Source: Torpedo marmorata
Lineage: Eukaryota
Assembly: GCA_977017645.1 (NCBI GenBank)
Contig: OZ360240.1
Coordinates: forward strand, 28,024,001-28,088,000
Direction of reading: 5' to 3'
DNA: 64,000 bases
The notes under the pieces were generated by a model that was given only the letters and a program-made list of their open reading frames with translations, was not told the DNA's origin and did no database searches. Shown here one piece after another: positions 11,313-25,240 of the stretch; position 1 is the stretch's first letter, and every line of letters starts with the position of its first letter. The position numbers and the translations under genes were made by a program.

Positions 11313-12619
11313 CTGGAAAAGAGAGGAAAAAGGAACGTGATTTATGCAATACCAATGTTCACAGCGAACTAAAAAAAATGCTCAGTGTGGATTTACCAGT
11401 AGAGGTAGTGTCTAAAGATTTACTACAATGCTGCCTATTCCAGCTTAACCATTCAGACCATCTGATATGTTGCTCCTCAAGGTGGTGCCTGAATACATGA
11501 CCTGTTCTCCAAAACAGGAAGTATAATCTGCAGGGCCTAAAGTGCAGTGTAGTTACCATATTTGGTCAGTTTCACTCCGATAAATTGAACATATATGATT
11601 GCATGAATATGAAACATAAATACAGTAACTGTAATCATAATGCCATAGTGCTCACTCAATATCAACAGCAAAAAAGCTGTCTGGGCCAGGTGTCCCAATT
11701 TTTAAGCCCGTGCTGCCCAATTACACCCAATTGACCTACAACCCTGGTATGTTTTGAACATTGTATTCACTAACTGCTACAAAAACAATCAGAGAATTTA
11801 TTTATTCATTCAATCAAAAGACAAATTGCAATGGATGGAGAAATGGAGGATATGCTTCTCCAGGAAACTCTGGGCAAGGTTATTAACTTGTTTGTAAGGG
11901 TGAAACAATTAGGCCCGATACCTACTCCCCTGAACAGATAATCTGCCTGACATTGAAGAGTATAGCTGACACCGAGCTCAAGCAACAAAACAAATGTTAT
12001 TACTTTGTCTTCACCAAGAACTCCGAAGGTGCCCCTGACTTTATGCTGGTTGGCAGCATCCTGACTACCTTGTCATCAACTGAGTGTAATTAATGATATC
12101 CATCCGCCTCTCTGACACAACTACCAGATGAATATGTATCCTTCCACCAAAGTGTTTCCTTCCCAAGGACTGCTGAAGGAGAAAGAGCTTTTCTATCTGC
12201 CAGGCTGCTCAGTCTGCTTTTTCCCTTCAACATGAAACAAAAGAATTTCAGCTGCTGCATAATGTCTAACCTTGAAAAGGGAAAGGAAATGTATTGGATT
12301 TTGTTGTGTGTGTGGTTTTTCTTTTTTTGGCTAGGGTTTAGCAAGCTTGATTTCAAGAGGAAAAGTTGCAACATTGGAGCACTTTGAAATTTAATCAACC
12401 CACACTTGTTCCGACAGTATTTTCTTTAATGAATTTCAACTCCAGAGACATTGGACAATCCGAGTCTTGTACTGAGGAGCATTTTATTCCCACTTTGTCC
12501 AACTGTCCAGGTGAAACTACGCAAATCTCAATTGCTGAAACTGAGTTAGTTTAACACCCGGTGAAAATGGCAAACACTGTGGTTGTTTATTGAATCATCA
12601 ATTCAGCAGCCACGAAGGG

Positions 12620-12870
12620 AGACAGCTGTGAATCCATTGCTCACTGAGCCAGAGAGTTGTGGGTTCAAATCATACTACAGGGACTTGTGCATTACAATCT
12701 AGACTGACACACCCAAGTATTATAACTGGTGGAGAGCTGAACTATCACAAGTGCGTCTTTCAGATGCTATGTTAACTGAGACTCTATATCTTCTCAATAC
12801 AAGTCCAAATCTGAATGTGAGTAACCAAGTTATCACTGTCAACCTGACCAATATTTATCACTGACAACAG
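12620..12870 (+). mobile_element. Degenerate DeuSINE/SacSINE1-like relic
   Basis: ctgagccagagagttgtgggttcaaatc (B-box-like)...ctagactgacac...gtgcgtctttcagatgctatgttaactgag; same family as 9160-9340. Confidence 0.55.
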
Positions 12871-12881
12871 AGACCACTTTA

Positions 12882-13091
12882 CAGTAAAATCCCTGTTACC
12901 GAAATTCAAGCAACTGGCAAAAAAAAATCACAGAAAATAAATACCGTAGGTAAAAAATACGAACATTTAAAATTGGCGCATCTCGCCGTTAGTTCTCCAA
13001 TCCATGCAATTTGCAATCTCGAGGAAACGGAAAATTCACTTATCCGGCATCTACCAATCCCCATAAGTGCCGGATACCTGGGGTTTTACTG
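12882..13091. mobile_element. pogo/Tigger-type MITE, family 2 (short form)
   Basis: TIRs cagtaaaatccc...ggggttttactg with TA on both sides; ends shared with 48193-48910. Confidence 0.85.
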
Positions 13092-13725
13092 TATAAAAAA
13101 ATTTAATTGGCCTAATATTTTTGAAATATGACAAGATTATTAAAAGTGCTATGCAAATGCAATTCGTTCTTTGCAATTATCAATATTTTGCAAGTGTTCA
13201 TAAATTGTAATTGCATTTAGCTAGACACGAGAGTCCAGGAGCAGTAATGTCAGTCCATTCCAAATTCTGCTTCCAACAAGGTTTTTAATATTTGCTTCAG
13301 CTACCACCAATTAAGTTCAGAGTACAGGGCCTTCAACAAAAGGAGACTAACTGAGCTGTACAAACAGAAAGAGGCTCACAGTCTCCATCCATTTGCCATT
13401 GATTTATTGATCAATCTTTATACCACTCTCTCGCTGATTTTTTTCCACCCTTTAGTAGCTCCACGGCCAGAAAAGAGAAAATTGAGTGAAGCATTTGCTA
13501 GAACACAAATTCATACATCTTTACATCAGTCGTGCTCTTTCATTCCAGTAAATAGCAAACCGAATATCTATTTTTTTGTATTGACCTTCTGACCAGAATT
13601 TTCCCAATATAGAAACCCTATTAGATTTTGAAATACCAGGACATATGACTTTCAAAAAATGGAGACTTTCAATTTTGTGCTACTGATTTAGACCTTACTT
13701 TTGTTGTTAATATTACTGGACATAC

Positions 13726-14098
13726 CTGGCTCAAAGGATTCAGGGTAGGGTTGAGATCGTTCTCCTTCCACTCTCTTTTCAGCTGTTTGAGTTCCTGTGG
13801 AATTTTGGGAAGGAGGAGGACTGACCACTGAGGATTGTGGGACAATATCAGGACTGGAAGCAGGACAAGAAGGCAATGGACAAACAGCAGGGGGCTGGGG
13901 AGTGTGGCATCCAGTCTTGGGTCTTAAAGGAGAATGATGACATGGTGAGAGTTTGGCAGAACACATGCCAGATGGCAGCATAACAGGTGAAGAAAGATTC
14001 TTGGGAGAGTTTAAGGCAACTGTTTTGTGTGATCTCCTGTTCCTCTCAAAAGTGTGTTCTTCTGCCTCTATTCGAGGATCCTCTGTCTTCCGTTGATC
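13726..14098 (-). CDS. BAHCC1: BAHCC1 coding exon (7th in window, 373 nt, phase 0/1)
   Basis: Acceptor tttttctcAG at 14099-14100, donor GTatgt at 13724-13725; DQRKTEDPRIEAEE...SHKTVALNSP...FEP parallels human QRKPEDQHLDLEE...THKPVALTP...SEP. Confidence 0.9.
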
Positions 14099-14214
14099 CT
14101 GAGAAAAAGACGGAATTCAGGCAGTCAATTGAAATTGTTAACACCAAATAATTTTGCCCATTTCCTTCCAATTTCCTGTAAGTACAATTCGGCCCACCAA
14201 ACCTGAACATTAGG

Positions 14215-15020
14215 TTTTACATGATCTCACCACTGGACACATCCTCCCCTCTCCTCCCCCCTCCGCCTTCCGTAGGGACCGCTCCCTCGGTGACTCCCTC
14301 GTCCACTCATCCCTTCCCTCTAATCTCCCCCTTGGCACCTTCCCTTGCGGCCACAGGAAGTGCCACATTTGCCCCCACACCTCCTCGCTCACCACCATTC
14401 GGGGCCCCAAACAGTCCTTCCAAGTGAAGCAACACTTCATTTGTGAATCTACAGGAGTCATCTACAGCATCCGGTGCTCCCTTTGTGGCCTTTTCTACAT
14501 CGGAGAGACTGGACACAAACTGGGAGATCGCTTCACTGAGCAACTTCCCTCTGTCTGCATCAATGACAGGGATCTCCCAGTGGCCAACCATTTAAATTCT
14601 GCGCCCCACTCCCACGCTGACATGTCTATCCATGGCCTCATGCACTGCCAAACCAAGGCAACCTGTAAATTGGAGGAACACCACCTAATATTCCGACTGG
14701 GCACTCTCCAACTGGATGGCATTAACATCAACTTCTCCGGTTTCTGATAGCCTACTCCCTGTTCTCCCACCCTTCCCTATCGCTCTTTCCTCCAGCTCTC
14801 CACACCCTCCCTCTCCATTCAGTCATCCCCCCTCCCCTTGTTTGCTGGTGTGCCCTCCCTCCCCTATCCAGCTATTACCTCCTGCTTGTGGGACTGTGTG
14901 CCTCCCCCTGCCCCTCCCCCCACCATTTTGTTCGGGCGACTGCCTACATTTTGCTCATACTTTGATGAAGGGCTCAAGACCGAAACGTTGGTTATGTATC
15001 TTTATCTTTGCTCTATAAAG
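14215..15020 (+). mobile_element. Penelope-like element 3' fragment (Cys linker, GIY-YIG, terminal repeat; subfamily B)
   Basis: ORF 14424-14747 GVIYSIRCSLCGLFYIGETGHKLGDRF...; hammerhead-like motif at 14956-14996. Confidence 0.92.
14956..14996 (+). ncRNA. Minimal hammerhead-ribozyme-like motif
   Basis: catact-TTGATGA-a-gggc-tcaa-gacc-GAAAC-GTT-ggttatg. Confidence 0.6.
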
Positions 15021-15724
15021 TAATACGGGGACAGGGGTGGTCCATTCACCCCTTTCAATCTGGTCTGCTATTCATTTAAAATATGCCCAAACAACCTTGT
15101 AACCTTCCTTGGATCCAAAACATTTCCCAGTCTTCCCCAGCAATTATGGATAAACTTTTAATTGGTGACAGAGAGAGAAAGAGAGGAAACTAGGCTAATC
15201 CACATTGCTTTCTGCTTTAAGTTTCATCAGCTCCAATGGGAGCTCTCACCTCCAATGTAATAATTGTCTTCTCAAAAATTACTCAGTCAACCTGGAACTT
15301 TCAAGGCACATGCAATAATTAGTTCCATGAGATGAGAGGGGAGAAGTTGACATGTCTGAACATCTAGCTGAGATTAAAGATGAAAGTAAAAATCATGGGA
15401 AGTCACGAAGCTGCAAATTTAAGTCTCTTTTTTCTCTCCCCGGATGCTGCATGACTTGATCAGCATTTAACCTTTTCATTTCAGATTTCCAGTATCGACA
15501 GGATATTGTTTTTGTGATTAGAAATCAGTAATTTTCAACTTCATTAAGGACTGGACAATCCTTTTGTAGGTAATAAGTGCACGGCTACCACTGGATTATT
15601 GCTCCTCACAAAAGATTTCAGGCCAGCAGAACAAAGGGCTCTGTGAACGACGTTAGGAGGGAGGGAATGGAGAATAAAACATTGGTCGCCCTGGTTGGGG
15701 GGGTGGGAAATTGCTATGTTGTCA

Positions 15725-16075
<351 letters not shown>

Positions 16076-16289
16076 TCACATTTTACGTCAATAACAAAAT
16101 GATCTAACAACACCGTTTAATGTAGGATTTACAAAAGGCAGCTTGTCATTGTTTACCCCAGATGCCACGGGTTGGCGTGGATGCTGTTGTATGATCAAGT
16201 TGGGTAACCTCTGGCAATCCCCAATCTGAAGGAAGTTGATAAACGTGAAACAGAATTATTAGAAGAAGGGAGAGGATTCCCATTAAATA

Positions 16290-16745
16290 CCGTGGAGAGC
16301 ATTCTGGCCGGTTGCATCACTGCCTGGTATGGAGGCGCCAACTCCCAGGACAAGAGTAAACTCCAGAAGGTTGTTAACTCGGCCTGTGACATCACAGGCA
16401 CCAAACTTCACTCCATCGAGGACATCTACATGAGGCAGTGTCTTAAAAAAGCAGCCTCTATCCTCAAGGACCCCCACCACCCAGGCCATGCCCTCTTCAC
16501 TCTGCTTCCATTGGGAAAAAGGTACAGGAGCCTAAAGATGAGCACTCAACGGCACAAGGACAGCTTCTTCCCCGCTGCCATCAGATTCCTGAATAATCAA
16601 TGAACCAAAGACACTGCCTTACTTTTCGTGCACTATTGTTTATAATTTTTTATAGTAATGTCGTTAGATGGTTAATATGATGCTGCCGCAAAACACCGAA
16701 TTTCATGACTTGTTCATGACAATAAATTCTGATTCTGATTCTGAT
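16290..16745 (+). mobile_element. Rex1/Babar-like LINE 3' end
   Basis: ESILAGCITAWYGG...LQKVVNSA...ILKDPHHPGHALFTLLP.GKRYRS...KDSFFPAAIR is the characteristic Rex1/Babar RT C-terminus; tail aataaa(ttctga)n. Confidence 0.88.
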
Positions 16746-16977
16746 CTGATTCAAAAATTTACAAAGGAAAGGATCAACTCAGTACCAAATAAGAGCCATC
16801 TCAGTCCCAGCCTTTAGGTTATTGGTCAAACTGGATTGGTGATTCTGAATATTCACATTAGTGCTTTGGATGAAGAGCCATCCAGGAAAATGTCAATGCT
16901 AAATTATACCATATCTTTCTTCCTTATTTTCATGTAGCCAATACTCATTCTTAAGTCAATTCAAGCATGGATTAGAA

Positions 16978-17111
16978 CAGTGGTTCTCAACTTGCACCCA
17001 ATCAGAATGTCAGCAAAGTGGCACATGGGAAGTAAGTTGTATAGGTATGGTCCATGAAACATATTGAGAGCTGAAAGTATTGTCCAATACAGCAAAAGGT
17101 TGAGAATCACT
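16978..17111. mobile_element. hAT (Charlie-like) MITE, degenerate
   Basis: TIRs cagtggttctcaac...gttgagaatcact. Confidence 0.6.
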
Positions 17112-17309
17112 CATCAAACCAAGCATGTTATAGCTAAATATGTTGAAGGTCTTGCGCTGTGTATTTCAGACTGCTACACATCCTCAAACAATACAACATA
17201 TATAATTACATAATTCAAATTGTCTATTCTGCTGTTAATGGTTCATCCTCTGCTTTTGTTTCCATTGATCCAGGAGATCTTTTGCACACCGTTCCTTCTT
17301 CACTAGTAA

Positions 17310-17916
17310 CATTGGATAATGAAGATTTTGTTTCCTGAACGCTTTTGGGTGTATTTTATGGATTGTGGGCTGCTGATCACGAAAATCGCCTTAAAAATTT
17401 CCCATCACGTACCGTTTTTTAGATATAATGTATTTTTGTGATTTCCTGTCATATTTTAAGTCTACTTCAAGCATACAAAACCATGAAGTGCAACACGTTA
17501 TTGAAAACTCATTTTCTGCATTCGCACTTGGACTTCTTCCCTGCTGATCTTGGTGCAGTCAGTGACGAACATGGTGAAAAGTTTCACCAGGACATTGTGA
17601 CCATGGAAAAGTGGTATCAGGGCAACTGGAATATATCAATCCATCCAACTATTGTTGGACAGTGACACGAGAGGCATCAGACGCTGAGTACAAATGAAAA
17701 TCAGCGGAAAACTTTATTAGGTCAGTTGAACTAACGCAATATGTCAGGATCATTATGCGATTAAACATGCTAAATTCAATAAAATTTAATTTAATGTTTC
17801 TCCAACTTCCTACGTGGAAATCTGAAATTATCTTTGTGTTCATCTTAAAGTTGTCTATCATGATCCCCATTTTTTTTTCAGGAAGCAAACCTTTTGAAAA
17901 AAATTGTAGTCCAGGG
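17310..17916 (+). mobile_element. Internally deleted Chapaev3-like (CMC superfamily) DNA transposon
   Basis: Translation KTHFLHSHLDFFPADLGAVSDEHGEKFHQDIVTMEKWYQGNW (transposase C-terminus); imperfect TIRs cattggataa...tttcctgaa and ttcaggaagc...tagtccaggg; TAA on both sides. Confidence 0.7.
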
Positions 17917-19477
17917 TAATCCAACATTATCCCTGATCCAAGTTTGTTTCAAATATAAATGGAATACCGCACCACAGTAAAAATACAGTATATACATCAG
18001 GAAAAGATTTGAAGCATCCAAAATACTTTAAAGTGTATCACCAGTGAACACAGGTGTTGCACTGACATCATCTGCAAATTATCATGCAAATCAATCTGAA
18101 TGTTCATGATTGTCTGAACCACAATTTGAAATTAGCAAACACATTACAATGTATAAAATTCCCTGACAAACAATGGAATACTGACTGACCTAAGCTCCTG
18201 TTTACTTAATAACTATTAAGCTTTAAAGGTGTCCTGCCCAACTTGGCTGAAAATTGCTTTGTGCATGCAAGATACAAAACTCTAACGTGTCATATCATCT
18301 GACTTTCAAGAGTAATGCCACAGGATGCCCACTAGTACATTATTATGCTTTGGAGATAGTTATTGATAAGCTTTATATCAGCCATTACCACAACAATATA
18401 AATCATCTGCCTGGATACATTTTTAGATGGCATATATTCCAATAAATTCAGCAATCCCATGCTCCCACCATGAGCCATTTATCAAAGGAAGAACAGGTCG
18501 GGGACAGGGCTACAGAACTGTTACAATGACTCTCCAGTGCGTACACTCTTTGAGCACGGCTCCTCACTGAGTGTGCAGGACTTCTGAGCTTCCCGTTGTT
18601 TTATAAGATCTTGGTGAATATGCTTGTGCATTGGGATAAAGGCTGAGAGATTTTTTGCTTTCATGTCTTTTCTGGCATGTAGTTAACATCTGGGCATGAA
18701 CCTTCTACAGTTCTGTTACTGCAAAGTTGAGGACTGCCATACAAACACAGAAATCAAACCTCCATACAGCTGATTGCCAGGATTCCCCAAATGAACTTGG
18801 CACTGGTCTTCTGAAGCCCAACAACAAAGCACATATTCTGCACATTTCCCAGCACTTATATGCAGGGAGGTCTGCCTGTGGTGAGCCTATTCATTAGATT
18901 GGTGAAGGCCCTTTCTAATGTGTAAAATTAACGTTACATTTTTTTATTTCACCAAATTAATTTCAACGCATTTAATTATCTTGAGAACTTCCAAATGTTT
19001 TGCACTAGAATTTTATTGAATTCCCTGAAAATTGAACATTTATATCATGTGATTATTTTTTTAAATTATGTTTAGATGTCAACAACCTTCACAAGCATTC
19101 ATTCTCATTAACAACCAGAGTAGGTGGTCAGAGGCAGAATGAGAATGGGACTGCCATTTACCATAGGAAAATCCTGAACTGCAGGGGGCTCATGTCAGGG
19201 GAGATGCACCATGTTTGAGAGGGTTACTAGGTAGAGGATCAGTCAGAGTGTATGGCAAGCTGACCCAGTTCTCACTTTCATGTTTACATAGCTTTCCACC
19301 CCAGGCTGCCTGAATGAGAATCTGGAACTTGCATGTCTGACTACAGGTAGTTTTGAGAGGGATTTCTGTAGGGTCCACAAAGGAAGCATTGGATGATATT
19401 CTCCCAATGAAGTCATCTCCTGTATTTGAGTTTGAATTCAGACTTAACCCCTCACTCTAGTCAGTTTTGTCTCTTAA

Positions 19478-19619
19478 CCCTTTGGACTCCAGCCATTTTT
19501 AACCTTTCGTCATATATACTCCAGACTGGATCCATGGGTAAACTTTTATAGTATTAAAGTACAGTATGTAATTGGGTACAAAACCAGACCCGGAAAACCA
19601 GGACATGGAGTCCAAAGCT
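19478..19619. mobile_element. piggyBac-like MITE (142 bp)
   Basis: ttaa-ccctttggactcca...tggagtccaaagct-ttaa: inverted termini with a TTAA target-site duplication. Confidence 0.7.
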
Positions 19620-20171
19620 TTAATTTGCAGAAAGCAGTGTTCAGTGAATACACAGCACAAATTGATCTGAACATCTATTTCAAATTGTTCATAAGACCTC
19701 AGGTTTTGTGAAAAGTCACATCATTGTGTTAAAATTTGTTTAATTTAATTTATTTCTACCAATAAAAGATGCATTTTTTTTTATTGGTAGATGAGAAAGT
19801 CAGAACATATAGACATGATTTCCAATATATTTCTAACTATGTTCTTGACAGATGCCAATTCAAAATGATATTGAATTAAATCCATCCAAAGCAAAATTAT
19901 TCAGCAATTCTGGGATTTGAAAGGGAATATATTTCACCTTCTCATGACATGGCAAACTAATGCAAGTAACATCACTCTTCCCCTTCTGCTGTTCATTGCT
20001 CAGACCAAAACATCTCAACAAAAAGGTCAATCAAAGGTCCACAAGTCCAAACTAGCAAATAAATAATAAAGATTTTGTCAAAGCTACCAATATACAAGGG
20101 TTCATACCACCTACATTCTACACAAAGGACTTAATTTCAAATTTGGCATTTACTAAATGTCCAAACATCTC

Positions 20172-20830
20172 TCAAGTTTGCCGCGCAGGTTGATAAGATA
20201 GTTAAGAAGGCCTATGGGATGCTGGGCTTCATTAGTCGGGGGATTGAATTCAAGAGTAGAGAGGTCATGTTACAACTCTACAAATCTCTGGTGAGGCCAC
20301 ACTTAAGAGTATTGTTCTGGTCACCTCAGTTTAGGAAGGATGTGGAAGCTATGGAGAGGGTGCAGAGGAGATTTACAAGGATGTTGCCTGGATGGAAAAT
20401 AAGTCTTATGAGGCAAGATTAGCAGAGCTGGGACTTTTCTCTTTGGAGTGAAGAAGGATGAGAGGTGACGTAATAGATGTTTACAAGATTCTGAGAGACA
20501 TAGATAAGATAGACATCCAGCACCTGTTTCCCAGGGCAGGAATAGCAAACACCAGAGGACATGTGTACAAGGTGAAGGGAGGAATGTTGAGAGGAGACGT
20601 CAGGGGTAAGTATTTTTACACAGAGAGTTGTGGGTGTCTGGAATGCCTTGTTAGGGGTGGTGGTGGAGGCTGAAACATTAGGGGCATTTAAGAGACTCTT
20701 AGACAGCCACATGGATGAAAGAAAAATAGAGGGTTATGAGGTCGGAAGGGTTTAGTTTTTTTTTGGTAGGAATATATAGGTCCGCACAACATGGAGGGCC
20801 GAAGGGCCTGTACTGTGCTGTAGTGTTGTA
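20172..20830 (+). mobile_element. CR1-like LINE 3' fragment
   Basis: LGFISRGIEFKSREVMLQLYKSLVRPHL...WSP..RKDVEAMERVQRRFTRMLPG and MRGDVIDVYKI; tail gggccgaagggcctgtactgtgctgta. Confidence 0.9.
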
Positions 20831-21283
20831 CGTTGTTTGTTTAGAGCCCATTTTATTAATATAAAGTCTATAAAATAAAGTAGGAAGTTCATTGCTTTAA
20901 GATCACACCTATTTCATATTGTGGATTTTCACAAATAAAGAGAGTGTGTGTGTGTGTGTGATGAAGAATTATACAGAAAAGAAAGCAAAACATGGACATC
21001 CCAAGGAAATTCACAGCTTCTTTGCAAAATGGATCAGGGTAGAAACATTAATATTCATTAAATATTCTTTAACAACCTCGATGATACTTACATTTCATCA
21101 ATTTAACTCAGGTGACCCTTTGCAAAATGGATAACGGTAGAAATATAAATATTCATTCATGAACAGTGATAATAGTTAAATTTCATCACTTTTTTCTGTC
21201 AAAGCCTCTATATAAAAGCAGAGTGGTTCACATATAAAGCATATTGCACAGGCAGATGTTGGATCATGATCTGTACGCCATTA

Positions 21284-21511
<228 letters not shown>

Positions 21512-22239
21512 TTAACTTGCAAATACTAAGATGCACAGTTGCACGAAAGGAGCTGTTTTGATTGTTATTTGTCTTGAAATCTTGTTTTAACTGTTTTGAA
21601 TGTGTTTAGAGTATACTACTCAAAGCAAGCAGGACAATTCTTCATCCTTACTTCCTGGCAGTCGGACAATCACTTCGTCTTTGGCCATCAGTCACTGGCG
21701 TGGTAGGTGTTCCTACTAAACACATAGCTAATAAAATGATTCATAGCAGGAACACAACAAGAAGCAAAGGAAAGGAAAAGGATGTATGAACCATCAAAGC
21801 CTGCTCCTTCTGCACGCCACGGGCACTCTGCTCTTTCAGCTGCCTCATTTACTATTTCATCACTAATAGACAGTTGCACAAAATGTATTGGTGAGTTCAA
21901 ATGATGTTCACCTTGGCTGTAAGTAAATGAGACAACAATACTGCCGTATTCCAAGAAAAATAGATGGCTCAATGGAATTGAAATGTAGATGAATAATAAA
22001 TAATACTCTCCCACAGGAGAATGAGCCTGATGACCTTTACTGTCATAAGCTATTGTTAAATTTCCATTATTATCCTCCACCAAGTCAAATTAGGCTTACA
22101 GATTTGAAAAATTTGGAAAGGGAAGTAATACTCAAAAACAAACTAAGAAGAGGGACTGGAAGCATATTTCCTTCCACGGCAATGTTATGGAGAAACAACG
22201 AAGCTGCCTTTTATCTATCAGCTTCTGCTCTTCCTTTTA

Positions 22240-23865
22240 AGGCCATTAGACGGTACTGCACCAAGCTCGAATCCCATGAGAACATCACAGACACGAGGTG
22301 ACTATGGCAGGGCATACATGAAATCACAGGACACAAAGCAAATCCCAGCCATGCAGTATGCAACAGCACAAAATTCCCCTATGAGTTAAACATGTTCTAT
22401 GCTTGCTTTGAACAGGGAGCCAACAGGGAGGTGACATTCACATCAATTACGACAAGCAGTGTTACACCAATGATCATTGTTGCTGAAGTCAGGACGGCCT
22501 TCCAGCTGATGAACCTACGGAAAGCGACTGGCCCAGGTGGAGTCTCAGGACGTGTCCTGAGAACATGCTCGGATCAACTGGCAGACGTCTTTCATCTGTC
22601 ACCTCATCAGGCTAAAGTCCCCACTTGCTTCAAGAAGGCCACCATCATATCAGTACCAAAGAAAAGCACAATAACGGGCCTATATGACATCTTTGACATC
22701 CACCATTTTGAAGTGCTTTGAGCGGCTTGTCATGGCTCACATCAACTCTAGCCTCCTAGTCAGTCTTGACCCACTTCAATCTACCTATCAGCCTAACATG
22801 AACATATGAATGCCAAGGACTCTTCTGTTAGACCAGTGGTTCTCAACCATTTTTTTCCACTCACATACCACCTTCAGTAATCACAGAGCACCTATAGCAT
22901 CCTATGCCATAGGTGCTCTGTGGTTAGAAAGGGATTACTTAAAGTAGTATGTGAGTGGAAAACAAAAGGTTGACAACCACTGTGTTTTGACTTCTGTTCA
23001 CAGACAACAGCTCAGCCTTCAATTCCACAGACCCCATAAATTCATTCCCAAACTTCAGGATCTTGGACTCAGCGCCCCTTTCTGCAAATGGATCCTTGAC
23101 TTCCTGTTAACAGGCCGTAATCAGTGAAGATGGGCAATAACATCTTCTCCACGACACACTCAACACCAACACTTGACGAGGATATGTACTCATTCCACTA
23201 CTATACTCCCCCAACACCCATGACTGTACAGCTAAATACCGTTCCAACTCCATCTTCATATTTGCAATGACACCATAGCAGTGGGCTGGGTATCAAATAA
23301 CGACGAGACAGAATGCAGGTAAGAGGTTAAAGTTTAGTGGTATTGTGCCAAGATAACAACCTCTTTCGCAGTGTCGATAAAGTGAAGGAGACGATCACTG
23401 ACTTCAGGAGAGAAGGCAGAGTCCACACCCCTGTCCACATTAATGGCACTGAAGTTGAAAGAGTAGACCGCTTCAAGTTCTAAGGAATAAATATCTCCAA
23501 TGACCTGACCTGGGACAATTTGCAACAATCAAGAAAACGCAACAATGCCTCCATATTAGATGACTAAGGAAGTTCGGTATGTCCCCGTCCCTCAACAACT
23601 TAAATAGGTACATCATCGAGAGCATAATTGCTGGATGCATCACAACATGATATGAGAGCTGCTCTGCTCAACTGCAGAGGGTAGTGAATACAGCTCAAAA
23701 CATAACGAAAACTTCCCTCCCCATGGTCTCCATCAACATCTCCCACTGCTTAGGAAAGGCCGTCAAAACACTGAAAGGCCCATCACACCCTGGGCACACT
23801 CTCTTTTCCTTCCTCCCATTAGGGTGAAAATATTCCCTGCAGCCATCAGGCTCTTGAATAAACCC
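22240..23865 (+). mobile_element. Degenerate Rex1/Babar-like LINE (RT region, frameshifted)
   Basis: RKATGPGGVSGRVLRTCSDQLADVF...VPTCFKKATIISVPKK; later remnants of SSAFN, FADD-like and ESIIAGCIT motifs. Confidence 0.8.
22834..22982. mobile_element. hAT (Charlie-like) foldback MITE inserted in the Rex1-like LINE
   Basis: TIRs cagtggttctcaacc...ggttgacaaccactg; interior largely self-complementary (ccactcacatac/gtatgtgagtgg, cacagagcacctat/ataggtgctctgtg). Confidence 0.85.
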
Positions 23866-25134
23866 CAAATCAATGCTGCCCTTGCTTGGGGCTAATTCAT
23901 CTTCCTTAAAATGGTCGAGAAAAATGGGAGGAAAAGAATGGTCAAAATACTGTCCATTCTTTTTCTCTCACTGATGTTTGCTTGACCCATTGAGCTCCTC
24001 AGCAGATGGTGTTTGGCTTCAGATTCCAGCATCTGCAGTCTCCTGTATGTGTCCAATTCTTTTCGTGATGGTTATAATATACGACTGTTTGCAAAGGCTG
24101 TATCAATGAAAGTGTTGGGGAAGTGGTCGGATTGTTGTAACAACCTTGCCTGGGAAAGGAGATCTGCCATCCTTACTTGGTCTGGCTCGCCTTTCCCCTC
24201 TAAGCTTTATAATATTCGGGAACAAATTTCTTGCCAGGGATGGACTTTTCCACAAATAATGAAGGAAAAATATTACAGAGGCAAACTGAAAAAAAACGGA
24301 TTTCAGGAATATACTTTTAAAAATTGTTGGATGAGGACTTTTTTCAGTGCTGCAGAAACCAAGAAATAAATTATGAAAAAAAAATAGAAAAATAGGAAAA
24401 ACAACCCGAGTGAATCATGTAGCATTCACAGAATTTATCCCATTTACAAGCCAAGCCATACATAATTCTGCTCTGCATCATGGTTTCTGTGAGATTAATT
24501 TGACTGTCTCATAAAATACAGCAAACGAAAATAAAAATAACTGAAAACCTTATCCATTAAGATTACTTGTGGCTGTAACTGGTTCTGCTTTTAAACAAGT
24601 GAAACCACACTTCAGCATACAAATTTTAACCAAATGTTTCTAACGTAATTACCCTGAAAACAGGTTGGTAGCTAACCCGGAATAGCAATTTGAATTTAGC
24701 AGTTTGCTCCCAACAATAATAATTGGAAGGATGTGGCCGTGCTGCCCTGGAAATTGCTGGGTTTGGTCAAGAGAACACAGCAGCTTGACTCACTGTTACT
24801 GGTTGCTATAAAAATGTATAAATGCTGCTGATATTCTGTAATAATTTTAATTTCTATGGATAATTTAATGAGATTTACATCTGTTTTGCGACAGGAGATT
24901 ACAATTCAATTCGAGACAATGCATCAAACATATGCAGAAAGAACATGATTATGTATATCTAAAGCATACCAAAAGTCTGTAGAGTATATTTTTTTCTGAG
25001 TCTAAAATAGCTTTCAGGTCCAATGGACATGGAAGATCCGGGACATGAAGAAGCTCGTGAGTGAATGGGCATTGATGAATGCCTCTCGGGACAAAACCAT
25101 GCAAATAATAAAATAAAGCTTCTTCTCACATATG

Positions 25135-25240
25135 AATGAAGGGCTTAAGTCTGAAACGTTGGTTATGCATCTTTATCTTTTTGCTATATAAAGTAAACGG
25201 TTTGACCTGCTGAGTTTCCCCACCTTTGTGTTTTTACTCT
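25135..25240 (+). mobile_element. Solo PLE terminal-repeat fragment with decayed hammerhead-like motif
   Basis: atgaagggcttaagtctgaaacgttggttatgcatctttatc...tttgacctgctgagtttcccc. Confidence 0.75.
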
